Shown here piece after piece: positions 8,980 through 17,523 of a stretch of 64,000 nt of DNA. The notes beneath the pieces are model-generated. The model worked only from the letters and a program-made list of their open reading frames with translations. It was not told the DNA's origin and did not search any database. Source of the stretch: a virus; IMG/VR virus record IMGVR_UViG_3300035185_000025, positions 1-64,000 of that record; one strand, 5' to 3'. The translations under genes were made by a program, and so were the position numbers. The first letter of the stretch is position 1. Every line of letters begins with the position of its first letter.

Positions 8980-9032
8980 GGGTTCAGGCTACCACGCGGG
9001 AAGCCGATCGCGGCGCGGATGGTAGGCCGTGC
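8980..9032. promoter_or_regulatory. abutting divergent class A (minus) and class B (plus) promoters
   Basis: CAGGCTACCACGCGGGAAGC core, repeated at 10428-10447 and (one change) 13433-13452. Confidence 0.75.
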
Positions 9033-9305
9033 ATGAGCGACCGGATTCACCCACAAGTTGGAGAGGCCCATGGCGTTAGCGGTCGCGACGTTCACCGTCG
9101 AGGAGGAGCACTGCACCACTGCATGAACGAGGAGCAGGCGGAGCAGTGGGAGGCCGAGGCAGGCGAGCAGCGGGCTGCCGGGCGTGCCCTGTACCGCGAT
9201 GGCGAGCCTCGCGATGCCTGCATCGGGATCGATCAAGAGTTCGGCTGGGATATCGAAGCCGAACTCGCGGAGGCTGTCGGATTTAGCTCGCCGCCGTCAG
9301 GCTGA
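9033..9305 (+). CDS. hypothetical protein
   Basis: class B start. Confidence 0.6.
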   Translation: MSDRIHPQVGEAHGVSGRDVHRRGGALHHCMNEEQAEQWEAEAGEQRAAGRALYRDGEPRDACIGIDQEFGWDIEAELAEAVGFSSPPSG

Positions 9306-10422
9306 TCGAGTCGAGATCCGTCACGAGGTACTCGCCGCTCGCGGGCACCACGTCGTCTGTCGGGAGCGTGAGAGATCCGGCTGGGATCTTGAGGCCGTCG
9401 GTGTCGCGCAGCACCCCGAGCACGTCGGAGAGGTAGAGCTTCGCGCCAACCTGCAGCTCGCCGTCCTGCCCCACGGATCCGATCAAGGCCACGAGCGCGC
9501 GCCGGGCCTCGCTGAGCACGCCGGCCTCGTCGAAGCCGTCGAGGATCAGCAGGCCGGTCGCGGTGATCGCCACGGTCCGAGGGTTGAGCGCGTCGGTCGT
9601 CACGGGCACGCCGGCGCAGCGGAACTCGCGGACCCGCTCACGCACGCGAGCAGCGAGCGCAGCGTTGGTGGTCCCGCCGCCGCCGAGGATCTGCACGACC
9701 ACGCGGCCGACCTCGATCCCGTCGCTGTCGAGCACCTCGTAGGCGCGGGCGCTCGAGACACCTGGCGTCGTCGCGGCAGCAGCTTCGATCGCGCCGAGTG
9801 TCCCGCGTCGGGCTCGCGCGAACACGGACTGCAGTTGCGCCTCGTAGTCCTCGATCGACTGCTCGGCCTGGCCACCGCTCGCGCGCTCGTCGTTGGTTAC
9901 GCTCAGCGTCGGATCCGGGACCGAGCTTAGGATCTGCGTGATCGTGCCGTCGGGAACGTTGCCGCCGGTGCCGGCCGTGGTCGCGATGCCGACGACGGTC
10001 GCGGGTCCGGTCTCGCCGGATCCGATCGCAAGATCCGCGGAGGTCTCGAAGGTCACGCCGCCGGCCGTCGCCACGAGCGTGCGCTCCGCGATCACGATCG
10101 CCGCGCCGCCAGGCTCGCGGGTCCAGATCAGCGGAACGATCGCGGACTCAGGCCCCGAGCGAACCTCGCCGCCGAACTCGCTCGCGCCGAACTGCTCGAG
10201 CGCGTCCTCGCTCACGGAGCTCGCGGTGCGCAGGCGCGTCGCGTTGATCTCGCCCTGGGCGAACACGGCGGCCTTCTCCGCCATGCTCGCCTGGGCGGCG
10301 AAGGCGATGCTCACGTCGCTCCCGGGCTCGTCGATGATCTCGCGGCTCAGGCGGGTCGGCAGGCCGAGGGCCTCGCGCTTGCCGGACTCGATCAGGTCGT
10401 CGAACGTGGGGAGCGTGGCCAC
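9283..10422 (-). CDS. baseplate J-like (wedge) protein
   Basis: GTGGNVPDGTI, VTND...GGQAEQS, RRGTLGAIE...PGV motifs. Confidence 0.9.
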   Translation of the reverse strand: MATLPTFDDLIESGKREALGLPTRLSREIIDEPGSDVSIAFAAQASMAEKAAVFAQGEINATRLRTASSVSEDALEQFGASEFGGEVRSGPESAIVPLIWTREPGGAAIVIAERTLVATAGGVTFETSADLAIGSGETGPATVVGIATTAGTGGNVPDGTITQILSSVPDPTLSVTNDERASGGQAEQSIEDYEAQLQSVFARARRGTLGAIEAAAATTPGVSSARAYEVLDSDGIEVGRVVVQILGGGGTTNAALAARVRERVREFRCAGVPVTTDALNPRTVAITATGLLILDGFDEAGVLSEARRALVALIGSVGQDGELQVGAKLYLSDVLGVLRDTDGLKIPAGSLTLPTDDVVPASGEYLVTDLDSISLTAAS

Positions 10423-10475
10423 GGTCGCAGGCTACCACGCGGGAAGCTGATCGCTGGGGCGACGGTAGGTCCGGC

Positions 10476-10709
10476 ATGAGCACGCCGACCCCAGACCCAA
10501 TCATTACCTTGTCCAACGGCGACGCCATCGCTGCTGAGGCCGTCCTCAGCGTTGCGATCGGCGTGATCGCAAAAGATCGAGTTCTCATATCGCGCAAGGG
10601 AGGGCCGGACCTTGTGGTCAAGCACGGTACTGTCGAGGCTGCACAAGCCGAACGCGACGCGGTTGTCTCGCGGTGGCGCGCATGGTCTCAGCACGCCAGG
10701 CAAACCTAG
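10476..10709 (+). CDS. hypothetical protein
   Basis: class B start; CTAG stop overlap. Confidence 0.65.
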   Translation: MSTPTPDPIITLSNGDAIAAEAVLSVAIGVIAKDRVLISRKGGPDLVVKHGTVEAAQAERDAVVSRWRAWSQHARQT

Positions 10710-11602
10710 GAAAGCGGATGCTGGAACGCGAGCCGCACGAGCCCCTCGCTTCGCGGCTGTACCGTGATCAGGAACCGCAGGATCCCGCCGCCGGTCGCCG
10801 CGCTCACTTCGATCCGGGCCTCGACCGTCGCCTGCCGGACGTCGGCGAACTGCCTGATCTGCTCCTGCAACAGCGACGCGATCCGCTGCACGTCTTGCTG
10901 CCGCGCGACCGAGTTCGAGAGCCCGCGAAGCCCGAAGCGCGGCAGGTGAGCGAAGGCGCCCTGCTCGGTCGAGATCACCCGGAGCACGCGCTTCTTGAGC
11001 GAGGCCGCGTTGTCGTCGAGCACGATGTCGCCGGCCTCGTCGATCTGCCAGATCCCCGGACCCTCGACAGGCTGTCCGGTGACGGGGTCGATCAGGAAGA
11101 ATGGATTCGCCCAGTCGCGGAACGTGTCCACCGCCGCCGACTGCGGATCCCTGCGCGGCTCCGGCTTGTTGCGCGCGAGCACGTCGAAGGCCCGGCGGCC
11201 GCCGAACTCCTCGCACGCTGCCCCGCGGATGTCGCCCTCGAGCGTGACCGTGTAGGTGATCCCCGGCTCGAGTTGCGGGACCGTCTTGATCACGATCTGC
11301 GTGGCGTCGTCCTCGTCGACCACGATGTCCGCGATCCGCACGCCGAAGCTCGGCCTCCGCTTGCCGGGCTCGACGATCACCTCTCCGTTGATCCCGATCG
11401 AGATCGGATCGACGGGCACCAGCGACCAGAGCAGTGTGTTGGTCGCGTGCTGGTAGCCGAGCGGATCGCCGGCGCGCGGCGGAGATGTGAAGAACGCGAT
11501 CAGCTTGTTGGTCCCGACCGGCAGGATCGTGATCAGCGAGATCAGGCCAGGCCCGCCCCACGGCGCCTCGGTCCCGAACGGGAGCAAGCCGAAGGCGCTC
11601 AC
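10706..11602 (-). CDS. baseplate wedge protein with C-terminal gp25/GPW-like domain
   Basis: LKKRVLRVISTEQGAFAHLPRFG; immediately upstream of baseplate J; GTGA coupling. Confidence 0.7.
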   Translation of the reverse strand: MSAFGLLPFGTEAPWGGPGLISLITILPVGTNKLIAFFTSPPRAGDPLGYQHATNTLLWSLVPVDPISIGINGEVIVEPGKRRPSFGVRIADIVVDEDDATQIVIKTVPQLEPGITYTVTLEGDIRGAACEEFGGRRAFDVLARNKPEPRRDPQSAAVDTFRDWANPFFLIDPVTGQPVEGPGIWQIDEAGDIVLDDNAASLKKRVLRVISTEQGAFAHLPRFGLRGLSNSVARQQDVQRIASLLQEQIRQFADVRQATVEARIEVSAATGGGILRFLITVQPRSEGLVRLAFQHPLS

Positions 11603-12435
11603 CGGATCGGCACCAACCGGAACTGCATCAAGAAGGTAACGTCGATCACATTGGCCGGCAGGATGAGCCCGGCGAGATCGGACTGCGGCGAGATCGGAGT
11701 CGCCGCCGGATCGGACTCGAACAGGACCGTCGCGGACTCGATCGACGCGATCGGCAAGATCTGCCAGGCCGTCCCCGGTCCGAACGTGGTGGAGATGAAC
11801 GCCTCGCCGCGGCCCTTCGCGGTCCCGATCGGGGCCGAGGTCAGGCGCGCGGTTTTGTTGCGGGGGACGTGGAAGGCGGCCGATCGCGACCTTCCGGCGC
11901 CGATCGGGATCGCCTCGAACTGGACCGCGCCACCGTCGATCACCGAGATGATCCCCAAATTGTTCACGCGAGGCGCTGCCTCGGTGGCTCCGAGCGAGAC
12001 GACAGCGAACGCGTCCTGCACCCGGAACACGTTGGCGACGATGCTGCTTCCAGTCGGAGGAGTCGGGCCTTGCGGCGGCCTCGAGTTGTCTCCGAGGATC
12101 CCGTCGTCCGGCTTGTAGGTGACCGGAACTGGAGTAGCCGCGTTCATCGGGAGCAGGTCTGAGTTCCGCCAGTCTCCGAACTCGTCGATGAACGTCACGA
12201 TCGCGAACTGGGCGCCAGATACTCCGAACTGATCGGCGCCGGTGCTGACCACGAACATCGGCTTCGGCGCGAGAGGGAGCGGGCGGGTGTTCGTGGTGCC
12301 AGACCACACGTCAGCGAGCACGCCATTGGCTGCGTTCTGGCGGCGACCAAACACGGTCTGGATCCCGCGCCCGCGGATGACGTCGACCTCGACGTTCAGA
12401 GATGGAGTTGCGTTGCCGCCGCCTGGCTCTGCCAT
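11599..12435 (-). CDS. putative virion structural protein
   Basis: MAEPGGG start, TGATG coupling, beta-rich. Confidence 0.6.
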   Translation of the reverse strand: MAEPGGGNATPSLNVEVDVIRGRGIQTVFGRRQNAANGVLADVWSGTTNTRPLPLAPKPMFVVSTGADQFGVSGAQFAIVTFIDEFGDWRNSDLLPMNAATPVPVTYKPDDGILGDNSRPPQGPTPPTGSSIVANVFRVQDAFAVVSLGATEAAPRVNNLGIISVIDGGAVQFEAIPIGAGRSRSAAFHVPRNKTARLTSAPIGTAKGRGEAFISTTFGPGTAWQILPIASIESATVLFESDPAATPISPQSDLAGLILPANVIDVTFLMQFRLVPIR

Positions 12436-12878
12436 CAGACCCCCACCGCCGCGCCGCGGATGAACCGGTAGCTGAGCCAGAGGTGGGTTGCCGCGCTCGC
12501 TCCGACCCCGAGCGAGATCATTTGCAGCCAGCCCTCGGCGTTGCTCGGCAGGTCGCGCTCGATCACGGCCTGGCCCCACGGCAGGAGCCCCCCGAGCGTG
12601 ACTGAGATCGGGGTGAAGCCGAGGTACTCGTAGCCGCGCCCGTCAGCAGACTGGGTCCGGATCACGAGCCGAGCGTCGAGAGTCGCGCCAGAGCCGTCGA
12701 CCGAGCTCGCGTTCGCGTCGGCCCCGTCCTTCCCGATCCCCCACCACAACAGGGTGCCCGGGCCCGGCACGCGGATCGTCTCGACAAGATCCGGCGCCAT
12801 GATCGCGGGATCGGCCTGGGTCACGGACCACTCTGGATCGGCAGCGAAGCCAGAGACGGCGACTCGGCGGTGCAGCAT
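12435..12878 (-). CDS. hypothetical structural protein
   Basis: class A TGATAGCAT-N6-ATG. Confidence 0.65.
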   Translation of the reverse strand: MLHRRVAVSGFAADPEWSVTQADPAIMAPDLVETIRVPGPGTLLWWGIGKDGADANASSVDGSGATLDARLVIRTQSADGRGYEYLGFTPISVTLGGLLPWGQAVIERDLPSNAEGWLQMISLGVGASAATHLWLSYRFIRGAAVGV

Positions 12879-12890
12879 GGCCGGATGCTA

Positions 12891-13427
12891 TCACGCGCAG
12901 GAGCAGGCGCCCTGCGGATGCGGCAGCAGGATCACGGTGTAGCCCGACTCGAGCACGGCGCAGCCGGCTCCGAGCACGTCGAAGCCGAGGGCCCCGCACG
13001 CGCCCCCGGAAGCACCACCGCCGATCCCGCTCGAGCATGTGAACAACGGCTGCGGGATCCCGTTGCCGACCAACTCCCAAGGGCCTGAGACGATCGTCTT
13101 CGAGGTCGTGCCGTCGGTCAGGATCAGCGCCCAGGATCCGAACTCGGTCCAGCCCACGGTGGCGTTGATCGCGGCGGAGATTGTGACCACGCCCGTGGTC
13201 GGCAGACCGGCGGCGGACTGGTCGACGTCGACGGTCATCGTGTGCAGCGCGGCGCCGGCGAGCGCGGTCGCGTAGACGTTGGCGACGCCGGACCAGCCCG
13301 TCAGGACGATCGGCCGGCCTGTCGCGGCGGAGACCAGGCGCAGCTTGATCGAGATCGAGTCGCCTCGCACGGGGCGGAGCGACGCGGGCACGGGGCAGGA
13401 TGTCTGCGCGATCGGGTCGAGCGCCAC
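12891..13427 (-). CDS. BppU-N-like baseplate/tail protein with Cys-rich C-terminus
   Basis: VRGDSISIKL...PIVLTGW pattern; class A TGGTAACCT-N6-GTG. Confidence 0.55.
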   Translation of the reverse strand: MALDPIAQTSCPVPASLRPVRGDSISIKLRLVSAATGRPIVLTGWSGVANVYATALAGAALHTMTVDVDQSAAGLPTTGVVTISAAINATVGWTEFGSWALILTDGTTSKTIVSGPWELVGNGIPQPLFTCSSGIGGGASGGACGALGFDVLGAGCAVLESGYTVILLPHPQGACSCA

Positions 13428-13481
13428 GAGGTCAGGTTACCACGCGGGAAGCTGATCGCGATTCATGCGGTATGGGTGGGC

Positions 13482-14030
13482 ATGGGACGAGAAGTTCGAA
13501 AAGTGCCAAAAGACTGGGAGCATCCGCGGGACCACCGAGGGCAGCAAACCGCATGGACAAGTGGCGAGGGTTATCGCTTCGAGCAGCCCTACAGGCCGTT
13601 GTCCCCAAGCGCCGATGTCGGAGCCCTGCAGAAGCGCTGGGACACTGACGAGGCGGCGTGGCTCGCGGGCACGAGCGACGTGTTCAAACGGCACCCCGAC
13701 ATGCGAGGGACTCCGTTCTCGGAGTGGGAGGGTCTACGCCCCGACCCGGCCGACTACATGCCGAACTGGCCGGAGAACGAGCGAACGCATTTCCAGATGT
13801 ACGAGGACACCACCGAGGGCACGCCGATCTCGCCGGTGTTCGAAACGCCCGAAGAACTCGCGCGCTGGCTCGCCGACACTGGCGCGAGCGCCTTCGGTAA
13901 AATGACCGCCGACTACGAGCACTGGCTTCGAATCTGCCTCGGTGGGTGGGCTCCGATCATGGTCATCGCGGGCGGAAAGATGATGTCGGGGGTTCAGGCT
14001 ATCGATGACGCGACGGATGGTGATCGCTAG
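13482..14030 (+). CDS. conserved phage hypothetical protein
   Basis: MGREVRKVPKDWEHP...QMYEDTTEGTPISPVFETPEELARWL; class B start. Confidence 0.8.
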   Translation: MGREVRKVPKDWEHPRDHRGQQTAWTSGEGYRFEQPYRPLSPSADVGALQKRWDTDEAAWLAGTSDVFKRHPDMRGTPFSEWEGLRPDPADYMPNWPENERTHFQMYEDTTEGTPISPVFETPEELARWLADTGASAFGKMTADYEHWLRICLGGWAPIMVIAGGKMMSGVQAIDDATDGDR

Positions 14031-14398
14031 CGCTTCTTCTTCGCGGTCTTCTTCTTCGCCATCATCGCCGGGTTCGGCTTCTTGGCCACCGGCTTGACCG
14101 CTGGCAGTTTGCCGCCCTTCGCCTTCTTCGCGGCCTTGATGATCTCGGCCGGACCCATGCGCCCGGCCTTGGCCTTGGCTCCTCCGCCGAGGACCGCGTC
14201 GGCCTTGGCGATCACCTTCTTCGCGTCGGCCGGAGTGATCTCGCCGTCGCGTAGCGCCTGAGCCACGCGAGCCTTGGCGTTGCGGGCTCGCGCGGGCGTG
14301 TCGACCGGGTACTTGCCCTTCTCGGGCAGGCCGAACTTCTTGGCCGGGAGCTTGCGCCTTCGAGCCGCGGTCATCGCCGGTGACTTGGTCTTCGCCAT
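14027..14398 (-). CDS. basic Lys-rich protein (DUF6582-like)
   Basis: KFGLPEKGKYPVDTPARARNAKAR; class A TGCTACCGT-N5-ATG. Confidence 0.65.
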   Translation of the reverse strand: MAKTKSPAMTAARRRKLPAKKFGLPEKGKYPVDTPARARNAKARVAQALRDGEITPADAKKVIAKADAVLGGGAKAKAGRMGPAEIIKAAKKAKGGKLPAVKPVAKKPNPAMMAKKKTAKKKR

Positions 14399-14424
14399 GG
14401 CCGACGGTAGCACGGCGCGGATCG

Positions 14425-15180
14425 CTAGATGATCGTCAACTTGGTCAGGAGCAGCGGCGTCGTGCCCGTGATCATGACCAGCGCCCAGATGTCGCCGATC
14501 GTCGTTCCGCTGGTGTCCAGGTCGACCGTAGCCACGCAGATCGACGCGAGGCCGCCGGCCCCTGGCACGTCGGAGAAGGTCTCGCCGTTCACCGTCGGAG
14601 GTGGACCGAGGTTGCCGCCCATGATGTCGATGAAGTCGTACGCGTCGACCTCGGCCGATGAGGACGGCAGACCGATCGCCCCGATCGTCACGATCTCGGA
14701 CGCGGACACCGCCACGCCGTCGGACTGCGCAGCGTTGAGGAGCTGCGGCGCGCCGAGCGAGCGTAGGATCCGCTCGACCTCCTTGGCCCAGCCGTTCTGG
14801 TTCGGCGTTCCTCCGACCAGGTAGTTCGCCTCGCCCGCCTGCTGGCTTGCCGCAGGGTACAGGCGGCCGAAGCCATCCCGGACCCCAGCGATCCGACGGT
14901 CGATCTGCCCGGTGAGCCCGTCGTTGACTGCGAGCTTCACCAGATAGCTACCGGGGATGTCGGGCGTGAAGCTCACCTGCGATGCCGTCAGGCTCGAGAG
15001 TGTCACCGTCGATCCGATCGGGACGTCGATCAGCGACCAGCGCCAGCGATTGACGTCGGTGTCGTTCGCGTTGCGCAGCGTCACCGGCTGGCTGATCAGC
15101 AGGTCGTCACGAGCTCGGCCAGCGACGCCGATCGGGCTCGTGTTCGCGGGCTGGTCGATCGTGATGAGCGCGCTGGCCAC
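14425..15180 (-). CDS. PKD/Ig-like domain virion protein
   Basis: WSLIDVPIGS...SFTPDIPGSYLVKLAVNDG; class A motif. Confidence 0.7.
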   Translation of the reverse strand: MASALITIDQPANTSPIGVAGRARDDLLISQPVTLRNANDTDVNRWRWSLIDVPIGSTVTLSSLTASQVSFTPDIPGSYLVKLAVNDGLTGQIDRRIAGVRDGFGRLYPAASQQAGEANYLVGGTPNQNGWAKEVERILRSLGAPQLLNAAQSDGVAVSASEIVTIGAIGLPSSSAEVDAYDFIDIMGGNLGPPPTVNGETFSDVPGAGGLASICVATVDLDTSGTTIGDIWALVMITGTTPLLLTKLTII

Positions 15181-15232
15181 GTCCGCAGGCTACCACTTGC
15201 GGCTGACCGCGGTCTGCGAGAGGATCTCGCGC

Positions 15233-16102
15233 ATGGCGACTCAGACGCAACGACGCTCCGCGCTCACGCTCACCCTCCAGCAGTTCGCCACCGGGTCGGC
15301 GGCTGAGTTCGTCTCGTCCCAGATCCAGGAGTTCGCCGCGGCCGGAACTCTCGACGCGGACAAGGACTACGCGGCCTGCGACGCGAGCGGCGGCGCCTTC
15401 ATCCTCACGCTCCCGGGCGGCGCGAGCGTCTACGTCGGCAAGCACTACGTCGTCAAGGAGTGGGAGGGAACGAACGCCGTCACGATCGACCCCGAAGGAG
15501 CAGGGACGATCGACGGCGCTGCGAACCTCGTGCTGCCCGCCGGCGAGTCCGTGATCCTGGCGGCTCGGTCGGTGTCGGCCGCCAACCTCGTCGTATGGGA
15601 CATCGTCTCGCAGACCCAGATCGCGGAGGCCGGAAGCGACACGGCCGCGGTCCATGTCAACGTGGCGGCCGAGATCTCTGCGGTCGCGGCCAAGGCGACG
15701 CCGGTCGCGGCGGACTACCTGCTGATCGAGGACTCGGCTGCCGCGGATGCGAAGGCATCGATCACGATCGGGACGATCCCCGTCGCTCAGGCGCAGGTCT
15801 CACAGGTCGTTGCGCAGCCGGCCGCTGATGCGGCGTTCGAGATCGACGCGACGATCGGCGGAGTGCAGTTGACCGTGACCGCGGCCGGCAACGTGGCGAT
15901 CACGACGAACGCCAACGCCTTCCCCGGCCAGCGCGTGAACCTCTTTGCGCTCTCCGTCGCTGGCGGCGGTAGCTACACGCTCGCGCTCGACGTCGGCACG
16001 CTGACGCTCAACGCCACGAGCGAAGGAGCGATCGTCATGCGCAACGCGGGCGACACGGCGTGGGTGTGCGTCGGCCTCAGCGGCGGCGCGACGATCGTCT
16101 AG
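15233..16102 (+). CDS. tail fibre/decoration-like structural protein
   Basis: DASGGAFILTLP...VTIDPEGAGTIDG fibre-type repeats. Confidence 0.65.
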   Translation: MATQTQRRSALTLTLQQFATGSAAEFVSSQIQEFAAAGTLDADKDYAACDASGGAFILTLPGGASVYVGKHYVVKEWEGTNAVTIDPEGAGTIDGAANLVLPAGESVILAARSVSAANLVVWDIVSQTQIAEAGSDTAAVHVNVAAEISAVAAKATPVAADYLLIEDSAAADAKASITIGTIPVAQAQVSQVVAQPAADAAFEIDATIGGVQLTVTAAGNVAITTNANAFPGQRVNLFALSVAGGGSYTLALDVGTLTLNATSEGAIVMRNAGDTAWVCVGLSGGATIV

Positions 16103-17013
16103 ACCAGCTCGAAGTCGCCGCTGGCCGTGTGCTTCGAGCCCGGCCCCGCGGCGCCGCTGACAGCCGAGTAGACGTTCGTGGGCGCAGGAGGCAGCGCTTG
16201 ATTGATGCCGCGCGCGACCGCGTCGACACCGATGATCCAGGCCCAGAACACAGGATCGATCGCGACGTTGGACTGGAACAGATCCTTCGCGCGGACGATC
16301 CCGTCGTCGTTGCCGACGTAGGGCGTCTGCGCCGGAGGCTGTGGCGCCGGAGGCACGTACGGCGTCGGCACGTACGGGACCGCAGGCACGCCAGGGATCT
16401 CCTCGCCGCCCGGAGCCGCGGAGCTACCGATCGGCGGTGTGATCGGCTTGGCTCCGAGGTGCGTCGTGCCGTCGAGGTGGATCGCGCCGGCGGTCGCCTT
16501 CAGGTGCAGGCCGGCGCCCGCCCAGATGTTGATGTCGGCGTCGTTGGTCTGGATCGCGAGCATGCGCCCGTTTTCCAGCCTGACGAATCGCCACGTCGCC
16601 CCTGGCACGCGCACGCCCTTCTCGGTCGCAGCCCCGGCGCCGGTGAGAACGCCGGCCACGCTCGACGGTGCGGGCTCGAGCGCGCTGTTGAGCACGCCGA
16701 CGATGATCGCCGCGTTGGGTTCGCCTTCCGGGAACGCCAGCGCGACCTGCTGGCCCTCGACCAGTTCGCACTCGCACCCGAGACGCGCGCAGATCCGGTC
16801 CTCGTCCTTGAGCGTGACCTCGACGAGCAGTTCGCCCTGCTCCCACCGAAGCCACGCGGGCGTGCCCTCTGGCAGCGAGGTGCGGCTGTCGGCGTAGCCC
16901 ACCGTCCCGATCCCGGTCTCGATCAGCGCCGGCGGTGCGCCGTTGCGGTTCTGCCGCGCGGGGTCGGACGACATCCTCGGGGCGGGGCGCTTGAACTTGA
17001 TCGGGACAGCCAT
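16099..17013 (-). CDS. baseplate spike (gpV/gp45-like)
   Basis: GQQVALAFPEGEPNAAIIVG OB-fold pattern; follows the hub gene. Confidence 0.7.
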   Translation of the reverse strand: MAVPIKFKRPAPRMSSDPARQNRNGAPPALIETGIGTVGYADSRTSLPEGTPAWLRWEQGELLVEVTLKDEDRICARLGCECELVEGQQVALAFPEGEPNAAIIVGVLNSALEPAPSSVAGVLTGAGAATEKGVRVPGATWRFVRLENGRMLAIQTNDADINIWAGAGLHLKATAGAIHLDGTTHLGAKPITPPIGSSAAPGGEEIPGVPAVPYVPTPYVPPAPQPPAQTPYVGNDDGIVRAKDLFQSNVAIDPVFWAWIIGVDAVARGINQALPPAPTNVYSAVSGAAGPGSKHTASGDFELV

Positions 17014-17050
17014 GCGGGAAGCTTACCCGGCGCGCGCAGGTAGTCCGGCC
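17011..17050. promoter_or_regulatory. nested divergent promoters (class B -35 lies inside the class A -10/start window)
   Basis: CATGCGGGAAGCTTA; same geometry at 24097, 34180, 35272 and inverted at 60603. Confidence 0.75.
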
Positions 17051-17233
17051 ATGAAGATCACCGTCATCCCCACCACAGAACAGATCGCCGCAGCCATCGC
17101 TCACGTCTGGGGCTGCACGCTCGCCGACGTCACGATCAGCGAGTCCGGCGCGGTCGAGATCGAGACCTCGCTCAAGGGCGCCCAGAAGGCCGACCGCATC
17201 ATCGGAAAGGTCGAGAAGGGCGCCGCAGGATGA
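17051..17233 (+). CDS. hypothetical protein
   Basis: class B start MKITVIP. Confidence 0.6.
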   Translation: MKITVIPTTEQIAAAIAHVWGCTLADVTISESGAVEIETSLKGAQKADRIIGKVEKGAAG

Positions 17234-17523
17234 GCCGGCGAAAGGAGATCGCGGACGCGTTACGGCGATCGGCATGCACACTCGACCCGCACTCCCCGGA
17301 CGTGGATCGGCTCATGTCCGGGCTCATCCAGTACGCCGAGAGCCAGGATGCAGTCGAGCGTGGTCCCTGGATTGCGGACGCACTGGACCGCGCGTCCGAC
17401 GAAACGGAGGCGTCAATAGCTGACGTTCCATGGTGGTGGTGGGTTGAAAAACGGCAAGCGCGAATCGCTGTCGGATACATGCGGACGCTCGCTCACTACA
17501 TCCGAAATCCCAGCGACGACTAG
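17230..17523 (+). CDS. hypothetical protein
   Basis: ATGA coupling; CTAG stop overlap. Confidence 0.55.
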   Translation: MSRRKEIADALRRSACTLDPHSPDVDRLMSGLIQYAESQDAVERGPWIADALDRASDETEASIADVPWWWWVEKRQARIAVGYMRTLAHYIRNPSDD

